NCBI GenBank assembly: GCA_002269645.1
Contig: NIVC01003563.1
Span: 27,061 to 91,060 of the forward strand
Direction of reading: 5' to 3'
Length of the DNA: 64,000 nucleotides
DNA from: Macrostomum lignano
Taxonomy: Eukaryota
Shown here: positions 25,393 to 37,947 of the stretch, piece by piece
Layout: every line of letters starts with the position of its first letter
How positions within the stretch are numbered: position 1 is the stretch's first letter
Notes under the pieces: model-generated
The model's input: the letters and a program-made list of their open reading frames with translations, nothing else
The model's database searches: none
Told to the model about the DNA's origin: nothing
Translations under genes and position numbers: made by a program

Positions 25393-25763
25393 GTGGTGGG
25401 CACTCATTTTGGCGCCACAGGCACTCATGGCGCCACAGGCACTCATTTTGGCGCCACAGGCACTCATAGCGCCGCAGGCACTCATTGCGCCGCAGACAGG
25501 CACTCATTTTTGCGCCGCAGTCAGTCACTCATTTTGGCGCCGCAGTCAGTCACTCATTTAGCGCCGTGGTCAGTTACTCATTTTGGCGCTGCAGACAGGC
25601 ACTCACTTTGGCGCCCTAAAGCAAAATTATTGATTTCCATAACGGGTCACAAGGTGCCAGAGCTGTTGGGCGAAGGACAAAGTATTGGAGTGTCCCCCCA
25701 TAGCTTTTACTAGGGGAAACCACATGTCCCCCTGCCCATCCCTGGTGGCATTCGACGCCCCTG
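25393..25763 (-). mobile_element. Second copy of the CAGGGGCG-head element with a related ~21-bp array
   Basis: The reverse complement starts caggggcgtcgaatgccacc and aligns with 4412-4550. The array unit gtgcctgtggcgccaaaatga resembles gtgcccgcggcgctaaaatg. Confidence 0.55.
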
Positions 25764-25873
25764 TAGCTCTCTTCTCCCCTCTCATTTTCTTTCCTCTCTC
25801 CTTTCATATTCTCTCATCTTTCTCTCCCTGTCATCTATCAACTGATCTCTCATCTCTCCCCTAGAGAGTCCTT

Positions 25874-26450
25874 TCACTCTGCCCCCTTCTCCCTTCAATC
25901 TGCCCCCTTCTCCCTTCACTCTGCCCCCTTCTCCCTTCACTCTGCCCCTTCTCCCTTCACTCTGCCCCCTTCTCCCTTCAATCTGCCCCCTTCTCCCTTC
26001 ACTCTGCCCCTTCTCCCTTCAATCTGCCCCCTTCTCCCTTCACTCTGCCCCCTTCTCCCTTCACTCTGCCCCCTTCTCCCTTCAATCTGCCCCCTTCTCC
26101 CTTCAATCTGCCCCCTTCTCCCTTCAATCTGCCCCCTTCTCCCTTCAATCTGCCCCCTTCTCTCTTCACTCTGCCCCCTTCTCCCTTCACTCTGCCCCCT
26201 TCTCCCTTCAATCTGCCCCTTTCTCCCTTCACTCTACCCCTTTCTCCCTTCAATCTGCCCCCTTTCTCCCTTCACTCTACCCCCTTCTCCCTTCACTCTA
26301 CCCCTTCTCCCTTCACTCTACCCCTTCTTCCTTCACTCTACCCCTTCTCCCTTCACTCTGCCCCCTTCTCCCTTCACTCTACCCCCTTCTCCCTTCACTC
26401 TACCCCCTTCTCCCTTCACTCTACCCCCTTCTCCCTTCACTCTGCCCCTT
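25874..26450. repeat. 21-bp pyrimidine-rich minisatellite (ctgcccccttctcccttcact/aat)
   Basis: Directly visible tandem array. Confidence 0.95.
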
Positions 26451-27031
26451 GCATTCATTCCATCCACTAGTTAGCGATGAAGTCTTTCAGCCAGGACTAT
26501 ACTTACATATAATAATTATGGCAGGTATATTCAATATAAAACACTAGGCACTACTACTAGTTTCTTAAGTAGTATAAATTATTGTAATATCTTTTTAAAA
26601 AGGAACTCTTTTTAAAAAGGAACTTTCTCCCTTCACTCTGCCCTCTGTCAGTTTCTCACTCTTCACTCTGTCAGTTTTTATTGACTGCTTTTGATTTTCC
26701 TTTCTAGCAGTTGTGATAATTGGTCACTCGATACGGTGCGGGGGATGCCAGATAAGGTTGCAAGTGCAGGGGTGCATGGTTTACATGTAGCCACATTGTA
26801 GTACTTACTTGTTATGGATGTCTGTCTAACTATCCATTGTGTGAAAATTGCAGCATTTTGTGAATTTAATTCATTAGTAATAGTGGCTTTGTATTGATTG
26901 GTGCGTTAGAACCATTCACTTGGATTTAGTTTCTGTTCAATGGAGCTCTGTGTTCGTCTCGCTAAACGAGTTTCTTTAATAAAGCAGGGATTTTTTAAAA
27001 TGATTTCTATGGACACAACCTACTAATGATC

Positions 27032-27203
27032 CGCTGTGTCAGATGGACTTCAAGCATGAGTGTCAGATGGACTTCAAGAATGAGTGTCAGATGGACTTCA
27101 AGCATGACTGTCAGATGGACTTCAAGCATGAGTGTCAGATGGACTTCAAGCATGAGTGTCAGATGGACTTCAAGCATGAGTGTCAGATGGACTTCAAGCA
27201 TGA
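27032..27203. repeat. 24-bp minisatellite (gagtgtcagatggacttcaagcat), segment 1
   Basis: About 7 units, ending exactly at the left TIR of EnSpm element 1. Confidence 0.95.
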
Positions 27204-28289
27204 CCCACGTAACCAAGAATCTCGCCAAAGGCTTGCGTCCCCATCGCGTGGCAATATTAGGCGATATCTCGCCTGGCGATATCTAAGCAATATCTAAGCG
27301 ATATCGATCGGCGATAAATCAATACGATAAGAAATTGCCTCTTAAGTCCTATTATATGTCTAAAAGGCACTAAAACAAAGTTCAAACCTATATTGGCCCA
27401 TCTTGCGCGCATTCTCGTGAAATCGCCGAAACCTCGAGTTTCGATGCCTTGGCGATAATTGCACCATCGCCGAGCGATGGAACAACGTTTGGAATTCGAT
27501 CCATGCCTAATTCACATGTTTTTAGCCCACTTGACGCATAAATTTGCAATTTAAGATCCCTTTGTGAATGGTGGGTTGAAAGTGAGTGACACTCTTCAGT
27601 TTTAGCATTATTTTTTAGTCTATCGTACCGTACATTATAAACAAGTTCGTGCATCGCAGCGCGATATTTTAGCGATTGGCCTGGCACTGTTTTCAAGTTA
27701 ATTTTGAAACTTTGATTCAAATAAGATGTATATCAAGGTAAATTTGTAGTTTTAATATATGGAAGTAAAATATATGTTTGTTAGTTGTCTTGTCCTGCTT
27801 TGTGTATCTGACTGCAAAATTCATTCATTACTTTGATAAAATACGCAATAAATGTATGCTCTTTTAAAAATGACGCTGCACACGACTTAGCTAGCGCAGT
27901 TATATAATAAGTAAGACAGATTATCATCTCATGTTCCTTTAACATATTTTATACATGTCTTACGCTCAAGATTTTTTGTGAAACAAAAAACTGTGGTAAA
28001 TAGTGGTAGATAGTAAGAGTACTCCAGTGGTCAGAGTTTTATTTTGCCAAACTGTGTTTTTGGCACTTCATTTTTAGAGATTTTTCTCTTGCTCATCCAG
28101 ATGCCAATTTTGCATTTCGAAGTGTTGGTAGACGCATACTTTTAATTACATTTTTAGAATTCAAATGCATTTTGGCTCTTTTAGAGAAATTATAACTAGT
28201 ACTGAACTGAATTATAACTATTACTGAATTTACTGGACTTAGGCCCTTAATCCAGACTTAGGCCCTAAGTCCAGTAAATTCAGTAATAG

Positions 28290-29283
28290 TGTCGTAGGCC
28301 TTTTGGCTCTCTATAAGAATTTCACCGTTATGCCACCAAGTTGTCGTAGATGTTTCACCTCCTACTTTATCAATTTTACTCTCACCGCTGATACCAAAGT
28401 TGTACTAGGTGTGTTTCCTGTGCACTGAGAATCCTACTAGATGCCACCAAAGTTGTAACAGGGGTGATTCTTTCTTCTTAATAATAATTTCACACTGTCA
28501 CCAAAAGCTATCACAGGGCTAATTTACTAATCTCTTAAGTTGGTAGCTGCCACCAGGATTATCCTATTAATAAATTGTGAGTTTATCAATCTTAGAATAA
28601 TCCGAGAAATGTTTCTTAGAATAGGTCTGGGTATTTAGTCTGAGTATTTAGTCTGAGTATTTAGTCTGAGTATTTAGTCTGAGTATTTAGTCTGAGTATT
28701 AGTCTTAGAAAAAACTGTTAGCCCTGAGATTTAACTCTTCTAATTATTCTGGTAGCGTTCTATTATTCTGGTAGCGTTCTACTTAATAATGGCCTGAGCG
28801 GTATTTTGGCTTACTGGTATATGTATTTCATGTACTTTGCAAGTCCTTGGGCGTTACCGAGATCAGAGGGTCACAGCCTCCGGTTATTCTTACACTTATT
28901 ACTTCAGATCTACTTCGCAACTTCTTACTACTCAACACTTTCCTTCTCAGTAGTATATACGGTACACACTTCCGTCTACTTCACTCTTTCTTAAAAAAAG
29001 AATTAACACGGAAAACACTTCTTCAATTCTTATTTTCTCGGAACTCTTCTATTTGCTATCAATTGCTTATTGCGAACCGCGATGCGCGAGGTTGCTTCTC
29101 CCTCCGCCAAATTTGCCTGTATTTATAGTAAAATTCTATTAGATTTTTAACAAAAATTAATTCGCGTAAAATATTATCAAAAATACGAGTAGTAAAACAA
29201 AATGCGTCGTAGTTATTTGGCGTGAATTTAAAATGTAATAACCGATAGCTTTTTTAGAAAGAAATCGGGAGGGGCCCTTTACA
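28290..29283 (-). mobile_element. Solo LTR (994 bp) nested in EnSpm element 1
   Basis: TGTCGTAGGCC...GGCCCTTTACA with an ATAG duplication (28286-28289 and 29284-29287). Homologous to 53822-54481. It splits a 36-bp inverted repeat. Confidence 0.8.
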
Positions 29284-29742
29284 ATAGTTATAATTCATAA
29301 TTATAATTATGCTGTTATAATTAATAATTATAGAATTTGAAATTCATTGCTGAATTAAAATTATAAATTTATTGAAATAATGATTCACAGTGACTGCTAA
29401 GCCTAGTAGTTTTAACCTTAATACCTAGGTTAAGGTTAGCCTAGGTTAGGCCTAAGGTTAATGTAAATCTCTCTGCACATGATTTTGCTGTCAGAATTTT
29501 GCAAAAAGTGAGTTTATTGCAACCCTAAGTTAATTATATTATAACAGCACTGATGTCATCAGTGCCAACTGCCAATATAGTTGATTAGGGCCTAACTTAA
29601 ATTTCCTTCATTGTTTATTTCATTTCAACATGATCTTTGCAATTGATTAGGTTTTCATTTGGAAAATTCTAAATATTTAGCTAAGTTAGCTACAGCCTAT
29701 ATTCAACAAGTAAAAGATAGCTTTTGTGGACTTCATAAAGAT

Positions 29743-30299
29743 CCATAGTGTGGATCATGCTAAGTGCACGCGAGAAATGACCTAAACTCCTAAAGCTGAT
29801 TCCCAAAAGCACGCCGACGACAAGCGAATGCACGCCGATACACGCCAATGCACGCGCTACTAGGACAAATTCCACGCCCATTAGGACAACAATAAATTCA
29901 AATTCAAATTTAAGACAAAAAATGTATGTTGAATTTCATTGTGTAAAACAAAGCAACAAACGATGTACAAAAGAAATGATATATCTTTAAAAACGTATAT
30001 TTCTCATACATTAATTTATTAACAGTCTTATACATTGTTTATTTACAATTGATAGTTTTTTTCAAAAGTTAAATACAATAATACGTATTTTATGTCTGCT
30101 TACCATTGCATTGGTAGCTTTGCCACATCAGGTGCCAGGCACGCGGCACACGGCGCACGCCAGGCACGCCAGTGTATTTATGTAGTGTGCATTATGCAAG
30201 CCAAATGCACGCCACTTACCTAATTGCACGCCGGTGCACGCCACTTTTGAAAATGCACGCGGGAAAATTCTCGCATGCACTATATGATTTACACTATGG
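29743..30299. mobile_element. MITE (557 bp) with an 8-bp TSD (hAT- or P-type), nested in EnSpm element 1
   Basis: TIR ccatagtgt..atcat...agtgca.gcgagaa and its complement. ATAAAGAT at 29735-29742 and 30300-30307. Internal gcacgcc repeats. Confidence 0.78.
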
Positions 30300-31803
30300 A
30301 TAAAGATCAAATATTTTACTTGCTAATGTCCAAATCTTAATAAACTGTTTATGTCAAATGTCAATATTATTAATGTAAGATATTTAGTAGATTTTGGAGA
30401 ATTTTTGACAAGTGGAAATTTTTTATACCTAGCTATTGATAGTAATATTGATTTTCTTGAATAAAAAGTAAAGTGATGGGCCTTTCCAACCAAAACCCAC
30501 ATTCCCCATGGTCCTAGCTAGGGTCAAGATCATGTACTGCTATATGCCAAGACAAGAATTGTTTCTGTAGCTCATGCATGCCAATGTACACCAACAAACT
30601 TTTTATTGCATACAAAAATATGCCAAAAAAATTACAAATTATAACTAATACTAAAAGCTTGCAAAATTTAAATATTCAAACAACTTATATGTTATAACTG
30701 AAAATCCTTTTACTAAACTGTAGAGAACTAGTTTATTTTAACTATTTTTGTTTTATTTTTACTTTCTTGGAAAAGTTAAACCCAGTTTATTTATTTATTT
30801 TTCCATTTTTTTCATAAAAGGCCCACTATTTCTGATCAAAATTTAGCTACTGTAACTATGTACATGGAGACTATGCCAAATACAAACTTAATCATTTTTG
30901 TATGCTAATTATCTAGATTTATTGTTGGGACTCGGAACTTTTGGTCCCAGCTACTGGTCTCAGCAGTCTCTATATGCTAAGCTGTACACTAAGAGGGCAT
31001 GCCAGGCCCCTTTGTATGCCAAGTTGTATGCTAATGTGTAATCTAGGTCCCTCTATATGCCAGAAAATTCCGGCATACATGTATACTATCTGGAGTCTGG
31101 GGTCCTAGGTATTAAGGTTAACTTATTTTAGACTTTGAGTTTTACTTCCTGAATGCTAATTAGAAACTTATTTTATAGAATATAATAGCCTAGCAATTGA
31201 TCTTGAAATTGAATAAAAAAGCAAGTCTGTATTAAAGATCAGTTACAATGTAGGTAGCTAATAGTTTATACTATATATAGCTATATAGTTATTGTCATTT
31301 TCCTTATCTATAATTTTTGACTTAGCCATTTCCTATGCCATGGTTTTTAATATTTAGGTTAGCTACCCTCCTAGGGCTAAGCTTAGTCATTTCAAAACTA
31401 AGTTTGACTAGATCTCAATTTGCAATAAATTTTATAGTAGCTATTGATCTTAAATAGAAAAGTGGGCTTCTATTAAAGACAAGTACTATATTAATACTAT
31501 ATATTACACTTCTACCTATCTAAACACCCTGTTCCCTATATAGGTTATAGCTATGGTCCTTAGAATTGATATTAGGATTATCCTAGTTATTTTTTGTAGT
31601 AAAAATAGATGCATTATATTTGAACTCTCCATATCAAAAGACCTCTATCTAGACTAGTTACAAATTCATGAACCAATATAAAATGGAACTATTTATTTTA
31701 TATGGAACTATAATATATTATATAGATCAGTTTAACAAAAAAATGTATTTTAGAACTGCTATCCAACCTACTAATATTGATCCTTTCCTACATTTCCAAG
31801 ACA

Positions 31804-33768
31804 ATGGACAATAAACAAAGTGCACGTAGTGTTCGTCGAGCTGCACACAAGAGATTTGCTAGTATGCTTGATGAAATAGCTGCCCTGCCAAGTGATTCTC
31901 TGCATGGTGAAGAAGAAGCAGATAATGCCCAAGGATCTGCCAATGAAGAAGCTGCTTATACTTTATCTGCTGAGGGAGAGGCTGGGCAAGAGCACAATTT
32001 GCAACTTGAGGAGGAGTGGGCCATTGAGGATGAATTTGCACCAGAGGAGACAGATGATGATAGTGAAGCTGAGATGGATGGACAAACAATTGAACAAAGT
32101 TTAGCTGAATGGGCACTCAAATTTAGGGTCTCAGCTGCAGCACTAGATAGTCTGCTTCACCTACTACATAGGGCCTTTCCACAACTACCACTATCTGCAC
32201 GTACTTTGTTGCAAACACCAAGGAAAACTGCAACAGCTCCACTTTCGTCTGGGGAGTTTGTATACCTGGGAATTCGAAGTAACTTGCCTAAAGACACTCA
32301 GCTTGAAGCTCCCCTCAAGCTATCAATTGGCATTGATGGCCTGCCTATCTTCAAAAGCAAAAATGAAGGCTTCTGGCCTATTCTTGGTTCATTTCCACAA
32401 TCATGTCCATTTGTGATTGCTTTGTTTTTTGGAGTCAACAAACCAGAAGTTTGTGGATTTCTGAAGGATTTGGTGGCTGAACTTCAAGATCTCAAGGACC
32501 AAGTAGTTCTAGAGAAAGTCATTGCAGACCGTCCAGCAAGGGCATTGATCAAGTGCATCAAGGGCCATAGTGGTTACTCATCCTGTGACAAATGTACCAT
32601 TCATGGGGAGTACCATCAGCAGGTAGTGTTTGATGAGCTCAATTGCCCATCAAGGACTGATGCCTCCTTTCGAGAGAAGCATGACCCAAATCACCACATA
32701 GGGGACCACCCAAGCCCCTTTGAAGAACTGCCAATAGACATGGTGCATGCATTCCCCTATGACTATATGCACTTAGTTCTGCTTGGAGTCATGCGCCGGC
32801 TCTTCCTCTACTGGATTCAGGGACCACTGGCTACTCGATTTGGCCATCGGCTAGTAGACTGTCTTTCCGAGAATCTATGCAGCCTTCGAAACTATTTTCC
32901 AACAGAGTTTGCAAGGAAGCCACGGTCTTTAAGCTGCTTGAAGTTCTGGAAGGCAACTGAATTTCGCTCATTTTTGCTGTACAGTGGTGTTACTGTAATG
33001 AACAATACTAGGGGAATAAGCCGAAGGATCCTCAAGAACTTTCTACTGTTGCATTCTGCTATTTTTATTTTATGTGATCCCCTTTCCAATGTAGTTTTAA
33101 TACAGTATGCCAGTCAGCTCCTTAATCATTTCATCAGTGATTGTAAGACCACTTATGGATCTCATATGTTGGTCTATAATGTACATTCATTGTCCCACTT
33201 GGCAAATGATTGCTTACGGTATGGCTGTCTTGACAATTTTAGTGCATTTACTTTCGAGAATTTTATGCAGACACTAAAAAAGTGTGTTCGAGGCAGTCGC
33301 CTTCCGCTTATTCAATGTGTTAATAGAATTCGGGAACTTGCCGTATATGAAGCAAGGGTTGAGGCTCTTTGCACTGAGGCAGTAGTCTTTAAGTTTCTTT
33401 TGGCAGATGCCCACCTGCCCATAGGAGTGAGTAGGTTCTCCTGCTGCATTATAAATGGTATTCGCTTTTCCTCAAACATCAATGACTGTCACTTTTTTGA
33501 CCGTGAATACTGCTGCTACCAGATTTGCCACTTTCTTACTTCTGGAAGCTCCTATGAAGTTGTTTGCAAGCGCTATAAGAAGTACTCCAGTGCATATGAT
33601 TACCCATTTGATTCCCGTAAGATACATGTCTATTGTGTTTCTGGACTCTCATCTAAGTTGCTCACTGTTCCCCTCTCCAGAATGTTTAGGAAGGCATGCA
33701 TTTTGCCCTACCAGCAGACTTTCTTGAAACAGTATGCTTACCCACTGTTTGCCACTCTCTGGAAGTGA
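31804..33768 (+). CDS. EnSpm/CACTA (Tnp2/Transposase_21-like) DDE transposase
   Basis: Motifs IDGLP..S...WPI, ADRPARA, CDKC (C2C), DYMH, WKATEFRSF, HSLSH (H3H), SAFTFEN. The ORF is uninterrupted; first ATG at 31804. Confidence 0.92.
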   Translation: MDNKQSARSVRRAAHKRFASMLDEIAALPSDSLHGEEEADNAQGSANEEAAYTLSAEGEAGQEHNLQLEEEWAIEDEFAPEETDDDSEAEMDGQTIEQSLAEWALKFRVSAAALDSLLHLLHRAFPQLPLSARTLLQTPRKTATAPLSSGEFVYLGIRSNLPKDTQLEAPLKLSIGIDGLPIFKSKNEGFWPILGSFPQSCPFVIALFFGVNKPEVCGFLKDLVAELQDLKDQVVLEKVIADRPARALIKCIKGHSGYSSCDKCTIHGEYHQQVVFDELNCPSRTDASFREKHDPNHHIGDHPSPFEELPIDMVHAFPYDYMHLVLLGVMRRLFLYWIQGPLATRFGHRLVDCLSENLCSLRNYFPTEFARKPRSLSCLKFWKATEFRSFLLYSGVTVMNNTRGISRRILKNFLLLHSAIFILCDPLSNVVLIQYASQLLNHFISDCKTTYGSHMLVYNVHSLSHLANDCLRYGCLDNFSAFTFENFMQTLKKCVRGSRLPLIQCVNRIRELAVYEARVEALCTEAVVFKFLLADAHLPIGVSRFSCCIINGIRFSSNINDCHFFDREYCCYQICHFLTSGSSYEVVCKRYKKYSSAYDYPFDSRKIHVYCVSGLSSKLLTVPLSRMFRKACILPYQQTFLKQYAYPLFATLWK

Positions 33769-34585
33769 TCTCTGATTATTAACAGGTGACGTTTCTATCC
33801 TTCAGTGCCATGGTAATTTGTCACAGCAGTTTTTGGTGCTTGGTGTTGACACAGTTTTTAATTTTTGCTTGGTTGTTGGTGCAGTATTTAATTGGTGTTA
33901 GACACTTTAATCCAATGACATACGAGGGTTGTCCAGCAAAATATAGGACTGTGCTCATTGCTCATTTCTATTCATGTGTATCATGAAAATTCATTTCATA
34001 CTATAAAGAGCAACTATCAATTAGTCTATGGCTAAAGCCTAAAATAAAGTATTAAAATATTTAATTTAATTTATTTTAAATAGAATATATTAAAATATAT
34101 GGCACCTGTCCTATATTTCACTGGACACCCCTCATAAGTTTGTGTAATGATAAATTGTCAACAGATCCAATTTCAACCATAAGCATTGTAGCAACCAAAT
34201 AAATTGGTAAACTTTTGCATTACGGAAATTTTACACAGTTTTACTCAATTTTACTCAGTAGATACAATTTATGGCCATGAAATGTATTTCATACTCATAA
34301 TGTATTGTCTCATACATGTTTACATGTCAAATGTAAAGTAAGTTATTTTTTTCTCCAATTCCCTCAACTATTCTATATGCTTTAACAATGCTTCTATATT
34401 GTTAAAGAGCTTTTGATTGTTGCTTTGATTTTCCAACATTAAGTTTGCTCATATTGTATGAGTTGAATAAGAAGAGGCAAAGCTTAAGATTTTAGCGTCG
34501 TGTGGAACAAAAATGCTAGTTTTACTGGTTTAATAAAATTTGTTCACATCTTTATTTATGCGAGCAATTATATCTTTTCCTTCAG

Positions 34586-36506
34586 CTGTTCTACATTCTT
34601 GACTTTGGGGGGCAGTTTGTCGAGTATGCTCCCGAAGCATGGATGATCGGCCTAAGAACATGCCAATGGCCTCGAGTGAGCAACGAACGACTGAAGGTAC
34701 TCCGAAGCAAAGGTTCCATTCCGGAGACTGACTGGGAGACCCACTCCTGTACTATCCTGTCGAAGTGTGGTAAATACTTTAAGTTCTAGACTTCCTTTGA
34801 ATTACTTATTCGGTGACTAATTGAACTGCATACTTCTGATTATAGTAGCCTATATATATGTTAGATTGTTTACTAGAATATAGTAAAACTTTCAAAGATA
34901 GCAGCATGGCATCGCTAGAATGCAGGCTATACATGAAGGTAGATCATAAAATTTCAGGATACTTTTGTGATGGATTATATGATAGATGTGCGCAACATTG
35001 CCTCTAATTGGTTTGTTTTACATGTGGATGTGCAATTTGATTTTTCCCTTCAGACAATGAAGTTACGGCGCGTAGACGATGCAAGAAAGCCGAGGCTGGC
35101 CAGGACGAACTTACTACGGATGCCGAACAACCTCGTCGTCGATCACAGACTTCGCGTTTCGTCGAGGAGGTGCCACCAGAGAGCCGGCGGCGCCGGTTAT
35201 CCTCTGACTCGGCCGATTCGGGGACTGCGACAACCAAGCGTAAGCGCTCCTCATCAAAGCGCTCCCAACCGACGCCTTCGGTCAGATCGGACTCGGAGTC
35301 GGGTTCTGAGTCGGGTTCGGAGACAGCCATGCCTCCTCCGTTTCCAGGCCAACCGGCGACTCATCCCCAGTCGAACGGCTCTACAGGCTGCGGTACTCCT
35401 ACTCCGGCCGACTGCCATGTTCTAACAACGGAGCAGTCCCGCGAGAGTTCTACAGGAGGAGCAATGGCTGCTAGTATTACCACACCTTCCAGGCCTTCGA
35501 AGGCTGCTTCGACGCCCGCTGTCGCCTCCATGATCATGACGCCTCGGCACACACTAGACTCTGCACAGAGTTCTGCGAACATGGGCCTGTCACGTAAGTC
35601 AAAAGCTTAGCTTTCAAGTGTATCGTGACTCAGGGAAAAGCTATAGTATAAAAAAATTATGCACAATTTGTATCGGTCATCCTGAATTTGTTGTAGGTTT
35701 TGAGGTCAAAGTCCTACGGGAGCTGGCGTCCATCCGTGAGACTGTCGAAGTCATCACAAGAAAGCTGTCGGTCATTTCGAATGGACTACACCAACAGGAC
35801 CTACCGGACATTCCCCACTGCCTGCCAGTCAAGTCGATGGAGCAAATGGACAGTCTGCTCGAGTGGCTTGGGGACAAGAAGCATGAGAAACTAATGGTAA
35901 GAAAAATTGTTCAATGCTCATATACCTGCTGTATATAAAAGTTATACTAACTTTTAGTCCTGAAGTATAGAACCGAATCTTTAGGTTACTCAACTTTTAT
36001 TTTCTAGGCAGTTACTGCATGGTCAGTAAAAATCGTTTAAGTCTTCTTGGGTACACAGAAAAGGCCTTGTTTTTAATTTGAGTGCCAAGTTTTATTTATT
36101 CAGGTTTACAAATTCTGTAGGCGTATTTTAGTACAGTAATTTTTCTGTGCAGTGCACAACATAAATTGTTTTGAAGAGTTAACCCAAACAAGTGCTCAAA
36201 ATTTTCTGTCATTCACAAATTTGCCCATTCTAGGCACAAAAACTGGCCCACGTGGGTGGTAAGGATGCGAGGGAGCTCATTAGAAGAATGCTTCGTAATG
36301 TCGTGGCAGCCGAGGTGCTACTACAATTTAACTTCACTGGTGTTGGTCCGAAGAAGGCATTCAAGAATACAACTCTCCACAGGGTAGTTGTCAGGGCTGC
36401 TCGTCTGGGCAACACCATGTTTACGGACAAGGAGATTGATGATTCAATCGCCCACAGTCTGATGCATGCGGGTGATATTCTGCGCAAGCATGATAAGTCG
36501 AAGTAA
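34586..36506 (+). CDS. Spliced transposon accessory protein, DUF4806-like C-terminus
   Basis: Exons 34586-34769, 35054-35593, 35697-35896 and 36234-36506 have GT-AG ends and consistent phases (1,1,0), giving 398 codons. N-terminal EYAPEAW...CQWP; C-terminal LPVKSMEQM...GGKDARELIRRML...FNFTG..KKAF. The start-codon exon was not identified. Confidence 0.8.
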
Positions 36507-37408
36507 CTGGAATTTTACCTTGTTACATTTAATTTTTCCATTGTGAAGTAACCAATATTCACTGTCGAATTGCTTGTTAAAGAAGTCGGAAATACTTATT
36601 AATATTTAATATTTGGTTATTTAGTCATCTGGGTTTTTTGCCTTAGACTTAGTCATGTAATGACATGACCGTCATTCTATTAGCATGACCAAATTGAGAC
36701 GGGTTCATGCCAGCCTGGTATTATCAAGAAATTTTATTGTTATGAGTGTCATTTTGACTTGGCTTAGGGTTTAAAGAGCAACAATTGATAAAGTTCCGAA
36801 TTTCGAGTCATTTAAAGATTCTGGGAGTCTGACAAGAATGCATTATACTTGTCAAACTTGTCAAACGTATGTTTTATCTTATTGCCAACCAGCCCAGCAT
36901 TTGTCTTCAATATTTGTCAAATGAAAGTCTTTAGTGCTCAAGTTTAACTATTGCAATTTTTCTCCTATATTATATTTTTCTCTCCCTGCCTGCTGCATAT
37001 TTATAGCTGAATTTTCACCATACATGCTGCTAGAAGTAGCATCATTAGAAGTGAAATATATATTAAAAATTGAAAGTGGCATTAATAAGAACTTGTGGAA
37101 TTTTCGTCCCCAGCGACTTGAAGGATAGCTATAAGCCATCTGATGGAATAATAAATTTGCAGTAATGAGCTGTGTCTGTTGATTCTTTCAATAATTTTTA
37201 ATGCTATCATTTAAACCAGAATTATAACTGTATCGTCAATTCATCGCCAATTGCTCGCCAAACGATATCGCCGGGCGATACGGGACGATATCGCCCCTGC
37301 GGACAGCCGCGATATTTCGGCGAGATAAGGGCGATCGCTCGGCGATGTTTAGACGAATCGCCGGGCGGTATCGCCCCGATGTGGAGGCGAGGTTTTTGGT
37401 TATGTGGG

Positions 37409-37947
37409 GAGTGTCAGATGGACTTCAAGCATGACTGTCAGATGGACTTCAAGCATGAGTGTCAGATGGACTTCAAGCATGAGTGTCAGATGGACTTCAA
37501 GCATGAGTGTCAGATGGACTTCAAGCATGAGTGTCAGATGGAAATCAAGCATGAGTGTCAGATGGAAATCAAGCATGAGTGTCAGATGGACATCAAGCAT
37601 GAGTGTCAGATGGACATCAAGCATGAGTGTCAGATGGACATCAAGCATGAGTGTCAGATAGACATCAAGCATGAGTGACAGATGGACATCAAGCATGAGT
37701 GTCAGATGGACTTCAAGCATGAGTGTCAGATGGACTTCAAGCATGAGTGTCAGATGGACATCAAGCATGAGTGACAGATGGACATCAAGCATGAGTGTCA
37801 GATGGACTTCAAGCATGAGTGTCAGGTGGACATCAAACATGAGTGTCAGGTGGACATCAAGCATGAGTGTCAGATGGACTTCAAGCATGAGTGTCAGATG
37901 GACTTCAAACATGAGTGTCAGATGGACATCAAGCATGAGTGTCAGAT
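37409..37947. repeat. 24-bp minisatellite, segment 2 (between the two transposons)
   Basis: About 22 units, resuming in phase after the GA TSD and stopping at the AT TSD. Confidence 0.97.

Larger units (their letters stand above)
27204..37408 (+). mobile_element. EnSpm/CACTA-type (CMC) DNA transposon, element 1 (10.2 kb)
   Basis: TIRs CCCACGTAACCAAGAATCTCGCC and CCCACATAACCAAAAACCTCGCC (20/23 identical). 2-bp TSD GA (27202-27203 and 37409-37410). Subterminal cgatatcg/ggcgata repeats at both ends. Carries a transposase and an accessory gene. Confidence 0.92.
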
